Origin: a virus | Strand: one strand, 5' to 3' | Length of the DNA stretch: 64,000 bases | Virus record (IMG/VR): IMGVR_UViG_3300021961_000050 | Span: 24,225-88,224 of that record | Shown here: positions 22,938-33,035 of the stretch, in pieces | How the letters are laid out: each line of letters starts with the position of its first letter | Position numbering within the stretch: the stretch's first letter is position 1 | Program-made: the position numbers and the translations under genes | Notes under the pieces: model-generated | The model's database searches: none | What the model was told of the DNA's origin: nothing | Seen by the model: only the letters and a program-made list of their open reading frames with translations

Positions 22938-24416
22938 ATGACTATTAAGATTAGCCAACTTGGAAATTTGACTACATTTACAGATACTACCTATGTGGTA
23001 GCAGTTAATACTGCCGCCACGTTTACCACTGTAAAATCAACTGGATTGGTTCTAAAAGATTATGTATTAGGTGATTTACCAGATCAAGTTGCTAATTTAG
23101 AAAGTAACAGTACTACTTTTACTTCTAATATATCAACAATAGAATCAGACGTTGCTAATTTAGAATCGTCAATGACTTCTGTAGAAGGTGATATTGTCGC
23201 TATACAGTCTGACATATCAACCATAGAAGGTAATATTGCTTCGTTAGAAGCCAATGCGGCCGCTCAAGCAGAATTAATCAGTAACTTAGATACATTAGAT
23301 CTAGCAAACGTAGAGGCCAATGTGGCCACATTACAAAGTGATGTTAATGATTTAGAAAGTAATGTTACTATACTACAAGGTGATGTAGCATCCTTAACAG
23401 ATGGTTCAACAACATTTGGTAATGTTGTTCCTACTGCTAACGTGTCATATGACCTAGGCAGTCCAACTGCGATGTGGAAAGATCTATATCTCAGTGGTAA
23501 TACAGTTTACCTAGGTGGAGCTACATTAAGTTTTGATGGATACAGTGTCACAGTTGATCAACCATTATTGTCACTTTCTGGATCACAGTCATTTGGTATA
23601 ACCACAGTTGAATCACTACACATTGATCAACAGGGATATGGATTTAGTGGCAACGGAAGAGTGGCTATTTCCACTGGTGCACTAGGCGACCCTTGGGGTG
23701 AAGGTGCATTAGTTGTTGAAACTAACAATCTTGAAGGCAACGGCATCGTGCCAAGTAATCCTGATCAATATACATTAGGTACCATTGATATTCCATGGCG
23801 CGATATCTACACAGGTAATTTAACCGTTGGTACTCCAACAACATTGGGAACATCAACAATACAGTTTCCAAACAACGGTGCAATACTTGAAGGTAATCTA
23901 GGTGTTTATCCATCAACTTTTGTTAGAGCACCTGATAATGGTACAGCATTATTAACAGCCAGTTACACTGGAAATGTTAGTTTAAACAATTTTGTTGAAT
24001 TAGGGGACACTGCTAATATAGGATTATATGGTGCAGGTGACGTGATACATAACTGGCAGTTTGATACAAGTGGATTAACATGGCCAGATGGTACAGTACA
24101 AACAACAGCCTCTCCAATGGTAAGACCTGTACTTACAGACAATGCTGGTAACTGGAGCACATTAACAGATGTGGATCCTGATACGTATTGTGGATTAAAT
24201 CTTGTGGATCCTCCGACGGCAACTGCTTTGGTAAATTTATTAGACGGCTCATATAACGGACAGACGTTTTTTGTTGTAAAAAATAATTCAGGAGGCAGTC
24301 AATTACTAATAACAATGACTACTTGGGATACTAGCACTAATTCTGTAGCTGTACTGAATAATATGGGTGAAGGAAATTTTGTTTGGCAGGGTTCGTACTG
24401 GGTTAGATTGCCTTAG
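22938..24416 (+). CDS. Tail fibre-like protein with N-terminal coiled coil
   Basis: 'MTIKISQL' start, heptad repeats (VANLES...), 'YDLGSPTAMWKDLY' and 'WPDGTVQTTA' fibre motifs. Confidence 0.65.
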   Translation: MTIKISQLGNLTTFTDTTYVVAVNTAATFTTVKSTGLVLKDYVLGDLPDQVANLESNSTTFTSNISTIESDVANLESSMTSVEGDIVAIQSDISTIEGNIASLEANAAAQAELISNLDTLDLANVEANVATLQSDVNDLESNVTILQGDVASLTDGSTTFGNVVPTANVSYDLGSPTAMWKDLYLSGNTVYLGGATLSFDGYSVTVDQPLLSLSGSQSFGITTVESLHIDQQGYGFSGNGRVAISTGALGDPWGEGALVVETNNLEGNGIVPSNPDQYTLGTIDIPWRDIYTGNLTVGTPTTLGTSTIQFPNNGAILEGNLGVYPSTFVRAPDNGTALLTASYTGNVSLNNFVELGDTANIGLYGAGDVIHNWQFDTSGLTWPDGTVQTTASPMVRPVLTDNAGNWSTLTDVDPDTYCGLNLVDPPTATALVNLLDGSYNGQTFFVVKNNSGGSQLLITMTTWDTSTNSVAVLNNMGEGNFVWQGSYWVRLP

Positions 24417-24457
24417 ATTGGTATAATATTAACAGAATAAATTATGAATACAAATGC

Positions 24458-24465
24458 GATAAATA
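24458..24465 (+). promoter_or_regulatory. T4-like late promoter (GATAAATA)
   Basis: 5 nt before in-frame ATG at 24471. Confidence 0.5.
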
Positions 24466-24470
24466 ACAAT

Positions 24471-25121
24471 ATGGATAACAAAATGCAAGAAAATCAACCT
24501 AAACGAGTGCCTGATGAGCAGGGCGGAATACAGGTTCAAGGTCATATTAAAATATTTGACCCAGAAACCAAAGAAGTATTCGTAGACAAACGCAACGCTA
24601 TTCACTATGAAAACATGAGTGAAGCGATTGCCTACAGTCTTGCCAATAAAGCCACAAACTTTATTACAGAAATGCACTTTGGTAATGGAGGCACCACAGT
24701 TGACCCAACTGGTGTTATTACCTACTTGCCTACTAATACTAATGTACAGAATGCAGACTTGTATAATCCGCAGTATTCAAAAATTGTTGATGATACCAAT
24801 GCGGCAAACAGCGATCCATTAAGAAATAAAATGTCAATTACGCATGTTCCTGGACAGATATACAGTGATATCGTTGTAACCTGTCTATTAGATTATGGTG
24901 AACCCAGTGGACAAGCAGTTTTCGATAATAGTCAAGACCTAAACGGTACTTTTGTTTTTGATGAACTTGGTCTTAAAGGCTATGACAGCTCAACTGGTGA
25001 AGCTGGAAAATTGTTAACACACGTGATTTTTAGTCCAGTACAAAAATCACTAAACAGATTAATACAAATTGATTACACAGTAAGAATTCAAACTTTAACA
25101 TATTTGAGTTCTACAACATAA
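24471..25121 (+). CDS. Baseplate/tail-fibre attachment structural protein
   Basis: ORF track start 24444; 24471 preferred from promoter spacing; 'MHFGNGG...FDELGL...LLTHVIFSPVQKS' resembles tail-collar/fibre-socket proteins. Confidence 0.55.
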   Translation: MDNKMQENQPKRVPDEQGGIQVQGHIKIFDPETKEVFVDKRNAIHYENMSEAIAYSLANKATNFITEMHFGNGGTTVDPTGVITYLPTNTNVQNADLYNPQYSKIVDDTNAANSDPLRNKMSITHVPGQIYSDIVVTCLLDYGEPSGQAVFDNSQDLNGTFVFDELGLKGYDSSTGEAGKLLTHVIFSPVQKSLNRLIQIDYTVRIQTLTYLSSTT

Positions 25122-25135
25122 TTTAGGATAATAAC

Positions 25136-26524
25136 ATGTCGTACATCATAAGAAAAACTAACGGAACAACATTAGGAACTATATTAGACGGTACCTTAGA
25201 TACTGCGGCTACTAGTTTATCGTTAGTAGGTAGAAATTATAGCAACTATGGTCAGGTAATGACTGACAACCTAGTGTCAATGGTTGAAAATTTTGCTTAT
25301 AACATATCACCAAGTAATCCTTTAGCTGGACAGTTATGGTACGACACTGGAACATCTAGATTAAAAGTATATACAGGTACACAGTTTAAAAACGTAGGTA
25401 GTTGTCAAGCAGAAATTAGTGCACCAATAACAACGGTAGCGGGTGACTTATGGTGGGACACTATAGAAGAACAGTTATATGTCTATAACGGTACTACACC
25501 ATACGCAGTGGCTGGATGGATTCTAGTAGGACCTAAATATAAAAAGACAAAAGGTATAAGCACTGCCCAATGGGAACAGATTACAGATAGTTTATCAACA
25601 GTACATGATGTTGTATCAATTTACTTAAATGGTACAAGAACAGCAATTATTAGTAGAGACAGTGAATTTACTCCTCAAACAACTATCTCTGGTTTTACTA
25701 CTATTAAAACTGGACACAATTTATCATCTGCACAGACACTTTGGGGTACAGCAAACAACGCATCCTATCTAGGTGGTGTACCTGCCGCAAATTATCTTAG
25801 AGCAGATGCAAATGATACCACTACAGGTTCTTTAGGTATTATTAATGACAGTGGTCTAACAGTTGGTGCTGGAAGTGATCTAACATTAACAGTTTCAGGA
25901 ACAACAGCTGAAATTAGAAACGTTAGTTTAAATTCAGACATAGTGTTCTATACAAATATTTCCAGTACAGACACTGCGGTATTAACTGTTGATGGTAGCA
26001 CAGGAAAAATAACAGTTGCTAGTGATCCAACAACTAACTTGGGTATTGCTACTAAACAATATGTTGACAACAGTTTTGTAGATTCAGTGTTAGGTGGTGT
26101 ACCAACTACCACAACAATGCCTGAATTAACAGCAAATACCAGTGTTGCTACCACAGAATTTGTGATTAACAATTCAGGTTTCTTAAAGAATAAAATTTAT
26201 GATGGTGGAAATGCTAATGTAGCAACAACATTCTTTACTGTGGTTGACACAGGAACGGGTTATGCTAATTTAGCAATAGATGATACCAGTGTATTAACTG
26301 CTACATCCGACGGAGTTAATTTACTAAATGGTGCTACTGCGGTAACACAAACAGATTCTTATTTAAGTAGTGGTAACGCTAGGGTAGCAACAACACAATT
26401 TGTTAAAACTGCTACACAATGGTGGGATGGCAGTGCTAAATTTGTTAGCACAGATGAGCCTGAAGCAGGTGTTAATGATGCTGGATCAAATGATGGTGAT
26501 TTTTGGTTCCAACGCGAAGCATAG
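25136..26524 (+). CDS. Tail fibre protein (paralog 1)
   Basis: Thr/Ser-rich; 'GQLWYD', 'GDLWWD', 'ATKQYVD', 'VATTEFV' fibre motifs. Confidence 0.7.
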   Translation: MSYIIRKTNGTTLGTILDGTLDTAATSLSLVGRNYSNYGQVMTDNLVSMVENFAYNISPSNPLAGQLWYDTGTSRLKVYTGTQFKNVGSCQAEISAPITTVAGDLWWDTIEEQLYVYNGTTPYAVAGWILVGPKYKKTKGISTAQWEQITDSLSTVHDVVSIYLNGTRTAIISRDSEFTPQTTISGFTTIKTGHNLSSAQTLWGTANNASYLGGVPAANYLRADANDTTTGSLGIINDSGLTVGAGSDLTLTVSGTTAEIRNVSLNSDIVFYTNISSTDTAVLTVDGSTGKITVASDPTTNLGIATKQYVDNSFVDSVLGGVPTTTTMPELTANTSVATTEFVINNSGFLKNKIYDGGNANVATTFFTVVDTGTGYANLAIDDTSVLTATSDGVNLLNGATAVTQTDSYLSSGNARVATTQFVKTATQWWDGSAKFVSTDEPEAGVNDAGSNDGDFWFQREA

Positions 26525-26531
26525 CATTTAA

Positions 26532-26539
26532 GATAAATA
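26532..26539 (+). promoter_or_regulatory. T4-like late promoter (GATAAATA)
   Basis: Intergenic, followed by AAGGTG RBS and ATG at 26567. Confidence 0.5.
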
Positions 26540-26566
26540 AAGTTATAGTTTAAGGTGTAAACAAAT

Positions 26567-28033
26567 ATGGCATATACAATTACAACAACGGCAGGAACAG
26601 CAATAGCAACCGTTTCAGACGGTACCGTTAATACTACGGCAACCAATCTAACACTTATTGGTAAAAACTATGCTGGTTACGGTGTGTTTCTTAATGAAAA
26701 TTATATCAAACTACTTGAAAACTTTTCAAATGGCTCAGCACCAAGTACTCCTTTAAAAGGCCAATTGTGGTATGATGCTAACAACAGTGTTTTAAAAGTT
26801 TACAGTGGAACACAATGGAAACCAATTTCAAGTTCTGCCACTGGCGGAACTGCACCAACAGGTCCTGTTATTGGCGACTTATGGTGGGATACTGCTAATG
26901 CTCAATTGAAAGTGTGGAGTGGTTCAACCTGGGTTATTGTTGGTCCAGCATATACTTCAACATCAGGAACATCAGGTGGCTTAGTAGAAACAATATTAGA
27001 TAATGTTTCAGGTAGCCATGTTGTTGTTAGATTTTATGTTTCTAACACCACAGTAGGCATTATCAGTAAAGACGCAACATTTACTCCATTAACTAGTGTT
27101 CCAGGCTTTTCTACTATCAAACCTGGATTTAATCTTGTAAGTTCTAGCACAATTACAGGTGCTCAGTTTACAGGTGATGCTAGTAACGCATTAACACTTA
27201 ACAATTTAACATCAGGACAATTTTTACGTAGTGATACTAACATCACAACATCTTATACACTTGACGTGGTTAATAACACTGGTCTAACAGTAGGTGGATC
27301 AAGTGACTTTAATATTGGTGTTAGTGGCGGAGTTGTTAAATTAACAAACACAGTTAATAACAGTGATTTAGATATTGTTGTTAATAAAGGTAGTACACTT
27401 ACACAGGCTATCACTATTGATGGATCAACAGCCGCAGTTACAGTCCCTGAGGATTTTAACGTAGGCGGAGATGTTGCAGTTATAGGCACCTTAGGTGTTA
27501 CAGGTACAACATCATGCAGTACATTAACAGTTTCAAGCACATTTACTCCAACAGCTAATGCGTCAATTAACATTGGATCTACCAGTAGTAGATGGAACTT
27601 AGTCTACGCACAGAGTTTTGTTGGAACTTCAGTTCAAGCACAATATGCTGACTTGGCAGAACGTTTTGAATCAGATCATAGTTATCCAGCTGGCACAGTG
27701 GTTGAAATTGGTGGCACTAAAGAAATTACATCAGCAGTTCATGACCTTAGTGAATCTGTATTTGGTGTGATAAGTACTAGAGCGGCATTTTTAATGAATG
27801 GTGAAGCTGGTACTGATGCAACGCATCCAGCTGTGGCAGTCAATGGAAGAGTTCCAGTTAGAGTAATTGGAAAAGTTAAGAAAGGTGATCGTTTAGTTTC
27901 AGCAGGGCGTGGACTTGCAAGATCAGCAACTAGAGACGAACTAACACCATTCAATGTTATTGGACGTGCTTTAGAGAATAAAACTTCAGATGCTGAAGGT
28001 ATGATAGAAGCAATAGTTAAATTAAATTCATAG
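26567..28033 (+). CDS. Tail fibre protein (paralog 2) with C-terminal intramolecular chaperone/autoproteolytic (peptidase G2-like) domain
   Basis: N-terminus homologous to the previous gene; C-terminal 'YADLAERF...GVIS...GRVPVRV.G.VKKGDRLV...IGRALE'. Confidence 0.75.
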   Translation: MAYTITTTAGTAIATVSDGTVNTTATNLTLIGKNYAGYGVFLNENYIKLLENFSNGSAPSTPLKGQLWYDANNSVLKVYSGTQWKPISSSATGGTAPTGPVIGDLWWDTANAQLKVWSGSTWVIVGPAYTSTSGTSGGLVETILDNVSGSHVVVRFYVSNTTVGIISKDATFTPLTSVPGFSTIKPGFNLVSSSTITGAQFTGDASNALTLNNLTSGQFLRSDTNITTSYTLDVVNNTGLTVGGSSDFNIGVSGGVVKLTNTVNNSDLDIVVNKGSTLTQAITIDGSTAAVTVPEDFNVGGDVAVIGTLGVTGTTSCSTLTVSSTFTPTANASINIGSTSSRWNLVYAQSFVGTSVQAQYADLAERFESDHSYPAGTVVEIGGTKEITSAVHDLSESVFGVISTRAAFLMNGEAGTDATHPAVAVNGRVPVRVIGKVKKGDRLVSAGRGLARSATRDELTPFNVIGRALENKTSDAEGMIEAIVKLNS

Positions 28034-28045
28034 GAATAGAGAGAT

Positions 28046-28987
28046 ATGGCATACGCACAAGGCGATTTAATTTTAGATGATCATTATAATACCTTTGCAA
28101 CAGGTAATGCAGACGGTACTACTAACCATGCTGTGGCAAATATTAACACTGTATGGGGTGTAGGTAATGGCAACAAAGGATATGGTCAGACATCAACGTT
28201 AAGTGCAGTCAGTGCAGGTAGTACTGTCACAGCAACTCAATGGTCAACTATGATTTCAAGACTAAATTCAATCTTAACACACCAAAGTGGCGCAGGATCA
28301 GGATTAGGCTTACCAACTGCTGGTAGTACAATTACATATCTGTCAACATTGTCAACTAACGTTACCAATGCTTTTAATAACAGATTAAATTTTACCACAC
28401 GTGGTACTGCTAGTACAACCAACTATGATGGTACTTGGAACGTTGCGGCTCCAACAACCTTTTCACAAAGTAGAACAGTAACATTTGCTAGTTCAGATCA
28501 AGCAAGATACTTTTTTAATGCAGGTGGACGTGTTGCTATAGTATTAAGTAGTCCAAGTGGCGGTGCAGATACTGCTAAAGAACAATCAATTACTGCTTTA
28601 GCAAACTCTGTTGGTACATTGTATATAGATCAAAGTACCAGTGGTAGAACAGGATCTGGCCAGACATTAAGTGTCAATGGTTCAAGTATTGGATTTTGGG
28701 ATTTAACAACATCAAATCAAACACTGATAACATTGACCTGTACCAATGCTAACTACACAACAAACACAGTTACTATAGCGGCTCGTTGCACTGGAACGGC
28801 AGGTTCAAACGGTGGTATTGGTAATGTAATCACATTTGATATTACCTACAACGATGCGGCCAATGATGGTGCATGGAATGATGCGATTAACATGGTGTTA
28901 AGAGCGGCTGTTCAAATTACACCCCCAGAAACTACAAACTTAACCAATGTTTGGGGCACAGTGACTCCAGCGGCCACAGCAAACTAG
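28046..28987 (+). CDS. Virion structural protein (fibre/baseplate-associated)
   Basis: Thr/Ser/Gly-rich, 'TFASSDQARYFFNAGG'; last gene of the structural operon. Confidence 0.5.
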   Translation: MAYAQGDLILDDHYNTFATGNADGTTNHAVANINTVWGVGNGNKGYGQTSTLSAVSAGSTVTATQWSTMISRLNSILTHQSGAGSGLGLPTAGSTITYLSTLSTNVTNAFNNRLNFTTRGTASTTNYDGTWNVAAPTTFSQSRTVTFASSDQARYFFNAGGRVAIVLSSPSGGADTAKEQSITALANSVGTLYIDQSTSGRTGSGQTLSVNGSSIGFWDLTTSNQTLITLTCTNANYTTNTVTIAARCTGTAGSNGGIGNVITFDITYNDAANDGAWNDAINMVLRAAVQITPPETTNLTNVWGTVTPAATAN

Positions 28988-29016
28988 TTGACAGACTAAC
29001 TTATTTGTTATATAAT
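28988..29016 (+). promoter_or_regulatory. Consensus sigma70 promoter
   Basis: TTGACA (28988-28993), 17 bp, TATAAT (29011-29016). Confidence 0.8.
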
Positions 29017-29043
29017 AAAAGGCACTTCGGTGCTTTTTATTTT
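29017..29043 (+). terminator. Rho-independent terminator of the structural operon
   Basis: AAAAGGCAC-TTCG-GTGCTTTTT hairpin followed by a T-rich tract. Confidence 0.75.
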
Positions 29044-29059
29044 GGTTGAATTTCTAGAA

Positions 29060-29067
29060 GATAATTA
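29060..29067 (+). promoter_or_regulatory. Late-promoter variant (GATAATTA)
   Basis: 5 nt before the ATG at 29073, same spacing as the other late motifs. Confidence 0.4.
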
Positions 29068-29072
29068 TATGT

Positions 29073-29387
29073 ATGAACACTGTTGATCAATTAGTTGAAG
29101 AAATTAAGTTAGCCACGGATTATCAAACTAACAAAAAAATTCTTAAAGAAAAGATTCTAACAGATCTGCACATGACTTATAATGGCGGACTCTTTAAGAT
29201 TACTCCTGAGATATTGGCCTTTGTAACTACTTGGCCTGACGATGAATTGTTCTTAGAAGATGTCTACGAAAATCCTATAAAAATTAATAAATTAGAATTT
29301 TTAGATCTATCTCGTCAGCATTATCAACAGACAATGAATACTTGGCATATAGAACATGAAAAAATCAAACGAATTAGAAAGGTCTAG
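29073..29387 (+). CDS. Hypothetical protein (possible tail-fibre assembly-like)
   Basis: 104-aa ORF heading the operon. Confidence 0.5.
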   Translation: MNTVDQLVEEIKLATDYQTNKKILKEKILTDLHMTYNGGLFKITPEILAFVTTWPDDELFLEDVYENPIKINKLEFLDLSRQHYQQTMNTWHIEHEKIKRIRKV

Positions 29388-30141
29388 AGGGGTTCTACTA
29401 TTTGCATCTAATACAGAAACAGTTGACTATGTAAAAATAGCAAATAGATCAGCAAAATTAATAGAACATTTCTTAAACGTACCTGTAACCATAGTATCTA
29501 ATCAAACAACAAGTGCCAATAAAAGATTTTCAATTGACTCAGGCACATTTGAGCAATGGAATAATTTAGATCGTTACATGGCCTATCAGTTAAGTCCCTA
29601 TGATCAAACTTTGTTGTTAGATTCTGACTATCTTGTTCTTGACAAGAATCTGCTGAAACTTTTTGATGTTGTTAATGATTACATCATTCCATTTAATAAC
29701 ATTAACATTGATAATTTGACAATGCCTAAAGACACCATGGGAACACACAGTTTGCCATTTCTTTGGGCTACGATTGTAGCATTTAATAAAACAGACAAAA
29801 CAGAAAAACTATTTGATTTGGTAAAGCGTGTACAAAAGAATTTTAAATATTATACCAAACTTTATAACATTAAAAATACCAATTACAGAAATGACTATGC
29901 CTTCGCCATAGCAGACAATATCATCAACGGATACACACAAGATTGCAGGCATTATCTACCATGGACTATGTTAACCGTGTCAAATAAAATTAAATCAATG
30001 CGAATTGAGGATGGATTAATTAAGATCAAAGAACAAGATAAAGCTCTGGTATCCCCCTTACAAAGCCTTCATATTATGAGCAAACAATGGTTGTTGTCAG
30101 ACGAATGTGAACAATTTATCAATGAGGCCATCAATGGATAG
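29356..30141 (+). CDS. Putative GT-A glycosyltransferase (GT8/mannosyltransferase-like)
   Basis: 'SPYDQTLLLDSD' DxD motif. Confidence 0.65.
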   Translation: MKKSNELERSRGVLLFASNTETVDYVKIANRSAKLIEHFLNVPVTIVSNQTTSANKRFSIDSGTFEQWNNLDRYMAYQLSPYDQTLLLDSDYLVLDKNLLKLFDVVNDYIIPFNNINIDNLTMPKDTMGTHSLPFLWATIVAFNKTDKTEKLFDLVKRVQKNFKYYTKLYNIKNTNYRNDYAFAIADNIINGYTQDCRHYLPWTMLTVSNKIKSMRIEDGLIKIKEQDKALVSPLQSLHIMSKQWLLSDECEQFINEAING

Positions 30142-30952
30142 ATTTAAACAACAACAGGGTTTTCTAACCATTGCACAAAATACAACGGTTGATTATTTAA
30201 ATTTAGCATATCACCAGGCTAAATCAATAAAACAAACACAAAAGATCAATAATTATGCAGTACTAGTTGATCAAAAGACATTTGAACAAGTCACTGACCT
30301 ACATAGAACAGTGTTTGATTATGTTATTCTGATAGAAAATGATCAAGCAGAAAATGATCTTTGGAAACTGCGTAATGAGTGGCAGGTTTTCAATCTCACA
30401 CCATTTAAAGAAACCATTAAATTAGAAAGTGATTTAGTTTTTACAAGATCTGTTGATCATTGGTGGACTGCGTTAAGATTAAAAGATGTTTGTCTCAGTT
30501 ACCAATGTAAGAATTTTCAAGGACAAACAGTACCCAAATCAAGATACAGAAAATTGTTTTATGATAATGATTTACCAGATGTTTATAACGGTATGATGTA
30601 TTTTCGTTATAGTCAAACTGCGGCAGATTTTTTTAGGACTGCCAGAAAGATCTATGAAGAATGGCCCACAGTTACTAAAAATTTATTGAATTGTTCAGAC
30701 AAAGAACCTACCACTGATGTGGTTTATAGTTTAACAGCAAAACTTTTAGGTAAAGAAAATTTTTACGTTCCAAGTTTAGATTTTTTTAATTTTGTACACA
30801 TGAAACCACAAATACAAAATTGGTCAGATCACCAATGTTGGACAGACTATGTGTTAGTTGAACAAGATAATGCCATGTTAAGAATTAATAACACCAATCA
30901 ATACTATCCTGTTCACTATTATGAAAAGGACCTATTTAATGTCCAAAGCTGA
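30134..30952 (+). CDS. Putative GT-A glycosyltransferase, paralog of previous
   Basis: 'TPFKETIKLESD' variant DxD; 'FVHMKP', 'HYYEK'; track start 30107. Confidence 0.6.
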   Translation: MDRFKQQQGFLTIAQNTTVDYLNLAYHQAKSIKQTQKINNYAVLVDQKTFEQVTDLHRTVFDYVILIENDQAENDLWKLRNEWQVFNLTPFKETIKLESDLVFTRSVDHWWTALRLKDVCLSYQCKNFQGQTVPKSRYRKLFYDNDLPDVYNGMMYFRYSQTAADFFRTARKIYEEWPTVTKNLLNCSDKEPTTDVVYSLTAKLLGKENFYVPSLDFFNFVHMKPQIQNWSDHQCWTDYVLVEQDNAMLRINNTNQYYPVHYYEKDLFNVQS

Positions 30953-31304
30953 AGAAGAATTTTTAAAGGCCATGCGGGAATATATTCCGCCATTGGTTAA
31001 ACCTGATGAGTACCGTGCCTATTATGATGAAAATGGTTGGATTATATTCTTTGCGGCTAACCAATTTCCTCCAGAGGGTAATTGGATTAACATTGATAAA
31101 GATCTATATATCACACATAATTGGACTAACCTTAAAGTCATTGACAATGCTATCAAAAAGGTTGAAATTGACACCAGTTTTCGTGTACAATTAATTAAGA
31201 GTGATCATGGATTTAGGACTGTTCAAAATCATGCTGGTTTAATCTTAGAAGAAGACGAGGAATATTCTGATGTAGACTACTATGACATCAGAAAAAACAT
31301 ATAA
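30939..31304 (+). CDS. Hypothetical protein
   Basis: ORF overlapping neighbours in operon; track start 30921. Confidence 0.55.
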   Translation: MSKAEEEFLKAMREYIPPLVKPDEYRAYYDENGWIIFFAANQFPPEGNWINIDKDLYITHNWTNLKVIDNAIKKVEIDTSFRVQLIKSDHGFRTVQNHAGLILEEDEEYSDVDYYDIRKNI

Positions 31305-32197
31305 TGACACAAATCATTGACATCGCAGATTTAGACTGCGTTTATCTCAGTTATGATGAGCCCAAAAAGGAAGAGTTTTGGATTAAAATTCAAAATATGG
31401 TACCTTGGGCAAAACGTGTAGATGGAGTAAAAGGTTCAGATGCCGCACACAAAGCCGCGGCCAATGCCAGTGACACTGATCGTTTTATACTGATAGATGG
31501 TGATAACTTGCCTGACGCTAACTTTTTTAATCTACAGTTAACTTTGGATGATTCTAATAGAGATTCAGTATTTCGTTGGCGAGCAAAAAATGCAATAAAC
31601 GGACTACAATATGGCAATGGAGGATTAAGTTGTTGGACCAAAGAGTTTATCTATAACATGCGTACACATGAAAACACAGATGGTAAGGAAGAAAATGATG
31701 TAGAGTTTTGTTTTTATCCTAACTATTGGGCCATGCACGACTGTTATTCAACTACATACCCCAACCAGACTCCATTCCAAGCATGGCGAGCAGGATTCCG
31801 TGAAGGTGTTAAAATGAGTCTAAACAGAGGACGTAAGCCTACGGTGGAAGAATTTAAACAGCAGGTTCATGCACGTAACTATGATCATTTATGTATTTGG
31901 CAGACAGTAGGGGCAGACGTTGACAATGGATTTTATTCTATCTATGGTGCCAGATTAGGCACACATCTAACCATGTTAGAAGATTGGAATTATCAGTTAG
32001 TACAGGACTTTGATGAGTTAGCTTTGATGTGGCCTACTTTTCAAGATGCCACGCCTGATCATTGTAAGAATCTAGGAGAAAGTCTACGTACCTGTTTGGG
32101 ATTAGACATAGTAGACATGGATCCAGAAGAAAGCAAATTTTTTAAACATCATTACAAAAGTAACTTTCATAATAAAGGTATAATGCTACGTGAGTAA
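31304..32197 (+). CDS. Putative GT-A fold glycosyltransferase
   Basis: 'YLSYDEP', 'AHKAAA...FILIDGD', 'NGLQYGNGG', 'AWRAGFREGVK'. Confidence 0.6.
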   Translation: MTQIIDIADLDCVYLSYDEPKKEEFWIKIQNMVPWAKRVDGVKGSDAAHKAAANASDTDRFILIDGDNLPDANFFNLQLTLDDSNRDSVFRWRAKNAINGLQYGNGGLSCWTKEFIYNMRTHENTDGKEENDVEFCFYPNYWAMHDCYSTTYPNQTPFQAWRAGFREGVKMSLNRGRKPTVEEFKQQVHARNYDHLCIWQTVGADVDNGFYSIYGARLGTHLTMLEDWNYQLVQDFDELALMWPTFQDATPDHCKNLGESLRTCLGLDIVDMDPEESKFFKHHYKSNFHNKGIMLRE

Positions 32198-33035
32198 GCC
32201 TATATTACCTTTTCTTGAAACTATGATTACACAGGTTTGTAATATCAGCTGTCTAGGTTGTACAAACTACAGTGATCTGACACACCAAGGATACGTTAGT
32301 TGGCAACAGGGTAAAGAATGGTTAGAGCCATGGCTAAGCAGGATAGATATTCCTGACTTTGGCATCATGGGAGGTGAGCCTTTGATTAATCCTGAAGTTG
32401 AGCATTGGATCTTAGGTATCAGACAGTTAATGCCTAAGACACAGATAAGATTTACTACTAATGCTTTGTTGTTAGAAAAGAAATGGCATCTAGTAGATCT
32501 AATGTCAGAACTTGGTAATTGTGTACTTAAAATAACAGTGCATGAAAACAATCCTGTGATTGAACAAACTATAGAAAAGATATTTAACAGTTATGATTGG
32601 AAACCTGTTACTGAGTATGGCATTGATAGATATGTCACTGATAAAGATTTTAAGTTTCAAATTAATAGACCAAAGACCTTTATTAAATCTTACAAAAATA
32701 ATTATGCTAACATGATGCCATATTCAAGTGACCCTGTAAAGGCATTTGAAATATGCTGTCAAAAAAATTGCCCTTTACTTTACCAAGGACGTATCTATAA
32801 ATGTAGCACTAGTGGGCTATTGAAGGAAACTTTAGAAAGATTTGGTAATCCAAATTTTGAACAGTGGAAAGATTATGTAACTGATGGTATTGGGTTTGAT
32901 TGTACCAATTCTGAACTAGCAACATTTATAAACAACTTTGAAAAACCTGAGCAGATCTGTAGAATGTGCCCTACTGTAGATGATTCTGCTACTATAGATC
33001 ATTATGCTACAGTAACAAGGGGAAAATATGCTTAG
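32190..33035 (+). CDS. Radical SAM enzyme (C-terminal Cys-rich SPASM-like region)
   Basis: CNISCLGC (CxxxCxxC), GGEP, TTNA; C-terminal 'C..CP...GRIYKC...CRMC'. Confidence 0.9.
   Translation: MSKPILPFLETMITQVCNISCLGCTNYSDLTHQGYVSWQQGKEWLEPWLSRIDIPDFGIMGGEPLINPEVEHWILGIRQLMPKTQIRFTTNALLLEKKWHLVDLMSELGNCVLKITVHENNPVIEQTIEKIFNSYDWKPVTEYGIDRYVTDKDFKFQINRPKTFIKSYKNNYANMMPYSSDPVKAFEICCQKNCPLLYQGRIYKCSTSGLLKETLERFGNPNFEQWKDYVTDGIGFDCTNSELATFINNFEKPEQICRMCPTVDDSATIDHYATVTRGKYA

Noticed and set aside
23080-23400. Short DNA repeats (GTTGCTAATTTAGAA twice) in the fibre gene
   Set aside because: Explained by coiled-coil heptad repeats; no template/variable repeat pair or reverse transcriptase, so not a DGR
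307-28422. Many short antisense or nested ORFs in the track (e.g. 307-561, 17625-17903, 27253-27573)
   Set aside because: Shadow frames of long genes with biased codon use; no RBS or recognisable motifs
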